The notes under the pieces are model-generated. The model made no database searches, was not told the origin of the DNA, and worked only from the letters and a program-made list of their open reading frames with translations. From positions 16,085,974 to 16,149,973 of the forward strand of contig OZ316899.1 in assembly GCA_973895155.1 (NCBI GenBank): a DNA stretch of 64,000 nucleotides, read 5' to 3'. Every line of letters starts with the position of its first letter. Positions within the stretch are counted from its first letter, which is position 1. Of this stretch, positions 63,701 to 64,000 are shown piece by piece. A program made the translations under genes and the position numbers. The stretch is from Marsupella aquatica. Taxonomy: Eukaryota > Plantae > Marchantiophyta.

Positions 63701-64000
63701 ATAGGATCAGTTAGGATCAGCCAACGTAGGATAGAGTCCATCAACCGACTAGATTTTGGTCAGTAGACTTAGCTGCTGCCACCCCGGTCAGTGCCCCTGC
63801 CGCCGACGGTCAACCGGTCACAGGAGTGCGGCCGGTTAGTCAGAAGGTAGTTAGTCAATAGGCATTACCCCGGAAGGTAGTATCTTCCGGTTCCCTTCCA
63901 CAACCATAGTATTTAGGCTTCCCCTTCCGCTGTGGGAGGGGGGAGAGGGCTTAGTTATCTCAGCGCAAGAAAAGGCAAGGCACGGGGAGTCCCGGCCTGA
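60701..64000 (+). repeat. Family C 3' LTR (incomplete; ~555 bp predicted beyond the window)
   Basis: Colinear with 47648-49736 plus 53256-54470. Confidence 0.95.
61254..63570 (+). pseudogene. Family C LTR-borne ORF, 3' LTR copy
   Basis: ORFs 61374-61736 and 61733-63160 (475 aa) plus coiled-coil tail to TAA 63568-63570; frameshifts differ from the 5' copy; start approximate. Confidence 0.82.

Larger units (their letters stand above)
47648..64000 (+). mobile_element. Near full-length non-chromovirus (Athila/Tat-related) Gypsy element, family C; 3' LTR runs off the window
   Basis: 5' LTR, PBS, gag-PR-RT-RH-INT, PPT, 3' LTR; left flank attgg is the predicted TSD. Confidence 0.94.

Overview
Eukaryotic plant genomic DNA, probably bryophyte and possibly liverwort (inference). 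It holds one host gene, an SPL8-clade SBP-box transcription factor (CDS ~32858-35676, 3 coding exons), on an island between two transposon blocks. The TE blocks contain a degenerate Helitron with two stacked 3' termini, a Tnt1/Tork-like Copia inside the Helitron, LINE and Gypsy relics, a Mutator-like MITE, and five related families (A-E) of non-chromovirus Gypsy elements. The main finding is that the Gypsy LTRs are giant (3.5-4.7 kb) and each carries its own long ORF (~570-1200 codons after repairing lesions) inside the LTR, downstream of the PPT. In four families the ORF shares a conserved domain ('EF..N/S.D...G..L.LT...A.IF.LP.G', weak in D), followed by a Pro-rich linker and a coiled coil. 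Three occur as TSD-bounded solo LTRs, i.e. stand-alone gene cassettes. All five nested insertions among these families land inside another family's LTR-borne ORF. Boundaries and TSDs were read by eye; no database searches were run.
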